Shown here: positions 43,226-46,147 of the stretch, piece after piece
Numbering within the stretch: the stretch's first letter is position 1
Layout: every line of letters starts with the position of its first letter
Virus record (IMG/VR): IMGVR_UViG_3300049782_000007
Coordinates: 1-46,147 of that record
Origin: a virus
Taxonomy: Duplodnaviria; Caudoviricetes
Length of the DNA: 46,147 nt
Reading direction: 5' to 3' (one strand)
Notes under the pieces: model-generated
Databases searched by the model: none
The model's input: only the letters and a program-made list of their open reading frames with translations
What the model was told of the DNA's origin: nothing
Translations under genes and position numbers: made by a program

Positions 43226-43308
43226 GGAAGGTCGGACATTGGCGTGTCAAGCGCTCTTGAAAAGCGTCGGGGGTAAAACCCTTGGGGGTTCGACTCCCCT
43301 ACCTTCCG
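43226..43308 (+). tRNA. tRNA-Ser(TGA)
   Basis: Loop CTTGAAA; long variable arm; G73. Confidence 0.88.
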
Positions 43309-43313
43309 CATAT

Positions 43314-43386
43314 GCGTTGTTGGCCAAGTGGTTAAGGCACTCGGTTGTCAACCGAGAAATCGCCGGTTCGAATCCGGTACAGCGCG
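43314..43386 (+). tRNA. tRNA-Asp(GTC)
   Basis: Loop TTGTCAA; G73. Confidence 0.92.
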
Positions 43387-43387
43387 C

Positions 43388-43463
43388 GTTGACGGTAGCT
43401 CAATGGTTAGAGCGCTGGGTTGTGATCCCGGTGGTGCGGGTTCGAGTCCCGTCCGTCACCCCA
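43388..43463 (+). tRNA. tRNA-His(GTG)
   Basis: Loop TTGTGAT; G-1:C73; encoded CCA. Confidence 0.9.
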
Positions 43464-43467
43464 CGTG

Positions 43468-43505
43468 CAAAAGGACCCGCCCCTGAGAGGGAACGGGTCC
43501 TTTTG
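43468..43505. terminator. Bidirectional terminator
   Basis: CAAAAGGACCCG...CGGGTCCTTTTG. Confidence 0.8.
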
Positions 43506-43506
43506 C

Positions 43507-43671
43507 TCAGCTCACTGTAAGGGGACTACCGATATACACGGTCCACCCCTTTTCCGCCCCTCCCCACGATCCGGGTGGGACGGTTCCGGCTACGGCCGGG
43601 ATCCCATTTTTGCGTAGTTCGCTCGCTTCACGACGGGCATCTTCCATACTCATCAAAGGTTCGGTTTCCAC
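43507..43671 (-). CDS. Hypothetical protein (54 aa), antisense within the tRNA cluster
   Basis: GTG start with AAAAGG RBS; TG-A-TAAAAT -10 abutting tRNA-Ala. Confidence 0.6.
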   Translation of the reverse strand: METEPLMSMEDARREASELRKNGIPAVAGTVPPGSWGGAEKGWTVYIGSPLTVS

Positions 43672-43707
43672 GCTGCGCCTTTCTGTTGGGTGGGTACATT
43701 TTATCAC

Positions 43708-43778
43708 GGGCCTCGTGATGTAACGGTAGCATTCCACCCTTGCAAGGTGGCTGAGCGGTTCGATTCCGACGGGGTCCA
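43708..43778 (+). tRNA. tRNA-Ala(TGC)
   Basis: Loop CTTGCAA; G3:U70; irregular T-arm. Confidence 0.8.
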
Positions 43779-43780
43779 CT

Positions 43781-43877
43781 GGCGTTGAGCTAGAGAGAAT
43801 ACCGGCAACGGGTGCGCAACCGACCGGGAAGGTATCTGGCGAATGGGTGTGGCCTGCAAAGTCCCCCTACGCCACCA
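43781..43877 (+). ncRNA. Aberrant tRNA-like RNA A (acceptor stem plus ACCA, no canonical T-loop)
   Basis: GGCGT.G/C.ACGCC-A-CCA ends; fills the space between tRNA-Ala and tRNA-Val exactly. Confidence 0.5.
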
Positions 43878-43950
43878 TGGCGCGTAGCTCAATTGGAAGA
43901 GCACCACTCTTACAAAGTGGGGGTTGTCGGTTCGAGTCCGACCGGGCCAA
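43878..43950 (+). tRNA. tRNA-Val(TAC)
   Basis: Loop CTTACAA; one acceptor mismatch. Confidence 0.9.
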
Positions 43951-43958
43951 CTCCGACA

Positions 43959-43972
43959 TAGGAACGTTCCTA
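43959..43972. repeat. Palindrome copy 23 (between tRNA-Val and tRNA-Asn)
   Basis: Exact match. Confidence 0.95.
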
Positions 43973-43980
43973 CGTCGCAA

Positions 43981-44053
43981 TGACGCGTAGCACAATTGGC
44001 AGTGTAACCGGTTGTTACCCGGTTAGGTACAGGTTCGAATCCTGTCGTGTCAG
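43981..44053 (+). tRNA. tRNA-Asn(GTT)
   Basis: Loop TTGTTAC; G73. Confidence 0.9.
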
Positions 44054-44055
44054 CT

Positions 44056-44130
44056 CTGACGGTAGCTTAACGGCAAAGCGTGAGTCTCATAAGCTCAGAG
44101 ATGCGGGTTCGAGTCCCGTCCGTCAAACCA
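44056..44130 (+). tRNA. tRNA-Met(CAT) with initiator-like C1xA72 mismatch
   Basis: Loop CTCATAA; encoded CCA. Confidence 0.88.
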
Positions 44131-44205
44131 TGCCGTATAGCATAACGGGATAGTGCACTTGGCTACGAACCAAGGTTGGTGGGGGTTCGAATCCCTCTAC
44201 GGCAG
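44131..44205 (+). tRNA. tRNA-Arg(ACG)
   Basis: Loop CTACGAA. Confidence 0.9.
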
Positions 44206-44247
44206 CAACGGCGACAATAGCGCTTGGCCGCGCAACGATAGCCGCTA

Positions 44248-44345
44248 GCGTACGGGGTGTGTCTGCATTCCGGCCCCGAGTACCCGCTGACTAGCCATCA
44301 CGGGGAAACGGGCGGGCGGTGCTGGTTGAAATCCGGCCGTACGCG
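44248..44345 (+). ncRNA. Aberrant tRNA-like RNA B (perfect acceptor and T-arm, non-canonical core)
   Basis: GCGTACG/CGTACGC; GCTGG-TTGAAAT-CCGGC. Confidence 0.6.
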
Positions 44346-44348
44346 CTA

Positions 44349-44423
44349 TGGGACGTGGTGTGAAATGGAAGCACGCCCCGACTCCAAATCGGGGAGGCGT
44401 AGGTTCGATTCCTACCGGCTCAG
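44349..44423 (+). tRNA. tRNA-Trp(CCA)
   Basis: Loop CTCCAAA; G73. Confidence 0.88.
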
Positions 44424-44427
44424 CAAG

Positions 44428-44511
44428 GGCGCAGGGTAGACCGCTGGGTAGCGGAGCGGGTTCTATAGCCCGTGGTTGGCCTCCGGGGGTTCGAGTCCCT
44501 GCCTAGCGCCT
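44428..44511 (+). tRNA. Atypical tRNA with probable CTA (amber) anticodon
   Basis: GCGGG-TTCTATAG-CCCGT arm, GGTTCGAGTCC T-arm, bulged acceptor. Confidence 0.6.
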
Positions 44512-44518
44512 TGGCCAT

Positions 44519-44590
44519 GCCGCTCTAGCTCAACTGGCAGAGCTACGGGGTGAAATCCCGTGCGTGGGGGTTCGATTCCCTCGGGTGGCA
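44519..44590 (+). tRNA. tRNA-Phe(GAA)
   Basis: Loop GTGAAAT. Confidence 0.9.
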
Positions 44591-44594
44591 CTTT

Positions 44595-44677
44595 GGATGG
44601 CCGACGACGTTGGAGGGTCGTAGCGGGCTGTAAACCCGCCGCTGTATGCCTAGGGGGTTCGAATCCCTCGCCATCCA
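44595..44677 (+). tRNA. tRNA-Tyr(GTA)
   Basis: Loop CTGTAAA; long variable arm. Confidence 0.9.
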
Positions 44678-44707
44678 CGCTGCGCAAGTCTGACGGCTTG
44701 CGTTTAT

Positions 44708-44781
44708 GCCCGCATAGGCAAAATGGTAAAGCCAGCGCGCTTAGAACGCGTTGTTTGGGGGTTCGAATCCCTCTGCGGGTA
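44708..44781 (+). tRNA. tRNA-Leu(TAG) with short variable loop
   Basis: Loop CTTAGAA; A73; 5-nt variable region. Confidence 0.85.
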
Positions 44782-44828
44782 CGTCGCTGCGCAAGGAAAG
44801 ACCCGGAGAAGGTTCTTTGCGTAGTCTG

Positions 44829-44902
44829 GCCTCATTAGCTCAAATGGCTAGAGCGCCCGTTTCGTAATCGGGAGGTTGCGGGTTCGATTCCTGCATGGGG
44901 CC
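44829..44902 (+). tRNA. tRNA-Thr(CGT)
   Basis: Loop TTCGTAA. Confidence 0.9.
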
Positions 44903-44921
44903 CTTGCGCTGTTGCGCTCTT

Positions 44922-44993
44922 TCTCCGCTGGTGTAATCGGCAACACACGGGGCTCTGAACCCCGAATACGAGGTTCGAATCCTTGGCGGAGAG
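44922..44993 (+). tRNA. tRNA-Gln(CTG)
   Basis: Loop CTCTGAA; U1:A72, G73. Confidence 0.92.
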
Positions 44994-44995
44994 CA

Positions 44996-45026
44996 GAGAA
45001 CCCTCGGCATTGCACCGAGGGTTCTC
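44996..45026. terminator. Hairpin terminator
   Basis: GAGAACCCTCGG...CCGAGGGTTCTC. Confidence 0.75.
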
Positions 45027-45038
45027 CCCATTTGTCGA

Positions 45039-45239
45039 TCAGGTTTCGAGATGATCGAGTAGGGCAAGGCAGTCCAGAAGTGCGTTCAATCTATCGGCCG
45101 CTGATTTGAATTCGTTTGCATCGGGTGGTCCTTGTCCGATGCGGTTGAACAGAAGCCTGTCTAGCGCTTCCGGCGCATCTTCGGGGTCAAGAGCGTTATA
45201 CAGCCGCTCCATTTCTTCCGCCGTGTATCTCCTAGGCAT
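45039..45239 (-). CDS. Hypothetical protein (66 aa), antisense
   Basis: ORF ending near a hairpin; probably leaderless. Confidence 0.65.
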   Translation of the reverse strand: MPRRYTAEEMERLYNALDPEDAPEALDRLLFNRIGQGPPDANEFKSAADRLNALLDCLALLDHLET

Positions 45240-45337
45240 GGCGCAAGTTTGACAATCCCTTGTGTCGTTGTCTGGCTTTCTGGGAAACCAATTAGTCGCA
45301 TCTCGATAGCAGAGCCACGGTTTTCCGAGGGTCGTTT

Positions 45338-45583
45338 TTACAATCCGAAGCGCTTTCGCAGCTCAGCCGCAGTCATTCCTTTGGACGCACGGAGCACACG
45401 GACTTCCGCTTTGCGGTCTTCGGAATTTCCCGTAGTAGCCCAGACGGCCCATGCGAGATGATCTGTTCGGCCACAAGCGTGAAGCAGCACCGTACCTTCC
45501 GCCGATGAAACCTCGTAGAGACTTTCGGTTTCGCAGTCTCCCAGCGGAGGTTTTGCGAAACGGCAATTTGTTTTATCGGTCAC
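45338..45583 (-). CDS. Hypothetical protein (81 aa), leaderless, antisense
   Basis: TG-C-TACCAT 6 nt before GTG 45583. Confidence 0.65.
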   Translation of the reverse strand: MTDKTNCRFAKPPLGDCETESLYEVSSAEGTVLLHACGRTDHLAWAVWATTGNSEDRKAEVRVLRASKGMTAAELRKRFGL

Positions 45584-45607
45584 CTTGGCATGGTAGCACA
45601 AGATCAA

Positions 45608-45679
45608 CTGGAACTAGCTTAACGGTAGAGCACTCGGTTTGGGACCGAGGTGGTGGGGGTTCGATTCCCTCGTTCCGGA
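45608..45679 (+). tRNA. tRNA-Pro(TGG)
   Basis: Loop TTTGGGA; C1:G72, A73. Confidence 0.92.
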
Positions 45680-45688
45680 CTTTTGACA

Positions 45689-45702
45689 TAGGAACGTTCC
45701 TA
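45689..45702. repeat. Palindrome copy 24 (overlaps AGGAGG RBS of the HNH gene)
   Basis: Exact match. Confidence 0.95.
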
Positions 45703-45716
45703 GGAGGAAGCCCGCT

Positions 45717-46031
45717 ATGGCTTGGTCATCCTCGAACAGGCGTTCTGAACTGCCCCGCAATTGGGCCGTCATTCGTCAGCGAGTGATTCGCAGGGACGGG
45801 GGTCATTGCAAGGGCCTCCTAGAGGGAGGCCGTGTATGTGGCGCCCCAGGTACAGACGTAGACCACATCAGGCCCGGTGCTGACCACAGCCTAGGCAACC
45901 TACAGTTGCTGTGCGCATGGTGCCACAAGCGCAAGACGCAGGCCGAGTCAAGGGCCGCGCGTTCTTTCAAGCCGAGGCCACCAGCGATCATCCCCCGTGC
46001 CTCTCGGGAGACCACGCCCGACCCTTGGTGA
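45717..46031 (+). CDS. HNH endonuclease (terminase/cos-associated type)
   Basis: LPRNW..R..V..RD...C...DVDHI..G.DHS..NLQLLC.WCHKRKT; last gene before the end. Confidence 0.9.
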   Translation: MAWSSSNRRSELPRNWAVIRQRVIRRDGGHCKGLLEGGRVCGAPGTDVDHIRPGADHSLGNLQLLCAWCHKRKTQAESRAARSFKPRPPAIIPRASRETTPDPW

Positions 46032-46147
46032 CACGCTGTCGCTTGCTGTGCTTGAGATCATCACAAGCGTGGTCACGCAGCGTGGCAGCCAGCCTCAGTT
46101 CGCCTTCTTTTTGAAGGGAAAAGGGTGGGGAGGGGCCCCTTTTTGGA

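Larger units (their letters stand above)
1..46147. mobile_element. Temperate siphovirus genome of an actinomycete (probably Streptomyces), phiC31-like organisation
   Basis: Complete head, tail, lysis, repressor, replication and integrase gene set; HNH gene at right end and small terminase near left end; high GC. Confidence 0.93.

Noticed and set aside
42950-45109. ORFs overlapping the tRNA genes (e.g. 42950..43180, 43167..43520, 44560..44838)
   Set aside because: Explained by tRNA cloverleafs; translations are typical tRNA artefacts
46100-46147. cos site or terminal repeat
   Set aside because: Gene order suggests cos packaging, but an overhang cannot be determined from sequence alone and no terminal direct repeat is visible

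Overview
This window looks like a complete or near-complete ~46 kb temperate siphovirus genome of an actinomycete, most likely Streptomyces. Gene order follows the phiC31 plan: terminase, portal, head and tail genes (1.2-17.0 kb); endolysin, holin and dNMP kinase; a probable immunity repressor (19.4-20.7 kb); an early region with a Cas4-like exonuclease, a phiC31 gp3-like recombination directionality factor, a P4-alpha/D5-like primase-helicase, a family A DNA polymerase, a sigma-like protein, ThyX, thioredoxin and dCMP deaminase; an array of small self-contained gene cassettes (34.7-37.9 kb); a large serine integrase; a cluster of about 20 tRNA genes; and a terminal HNH gene. The most striking signals are non-coding. 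(1) There are 24 exact copies of the 14-bp palindrome TAGGAACGTTCCTA (22-bp consensus GACMTAGGAACGTTCCTAKGTC), built into stop codons, RBSs, ORFs, hairpins and promoters. (2) Cassettes follow the pattern palindrome-promoter-leader-RBS-small ORF-terminator, with a conserved 14-nt-period leader. (3) There are 8 co-oriented CTTAACNNNCTCAMT boxes, probably phage-specific promoters. (4) A 92-bp dyad-symmetric element occurs twice, 20 kb apart. (5) The tRNA set covers 18 amino acids and adds an amber (CUA)-like tRNA and two aberrant tRNA-like RNAs where Cys and Gly are missing. All calls come from reading the sequence by eye; no database searches were run, and family comparisons are from memory.
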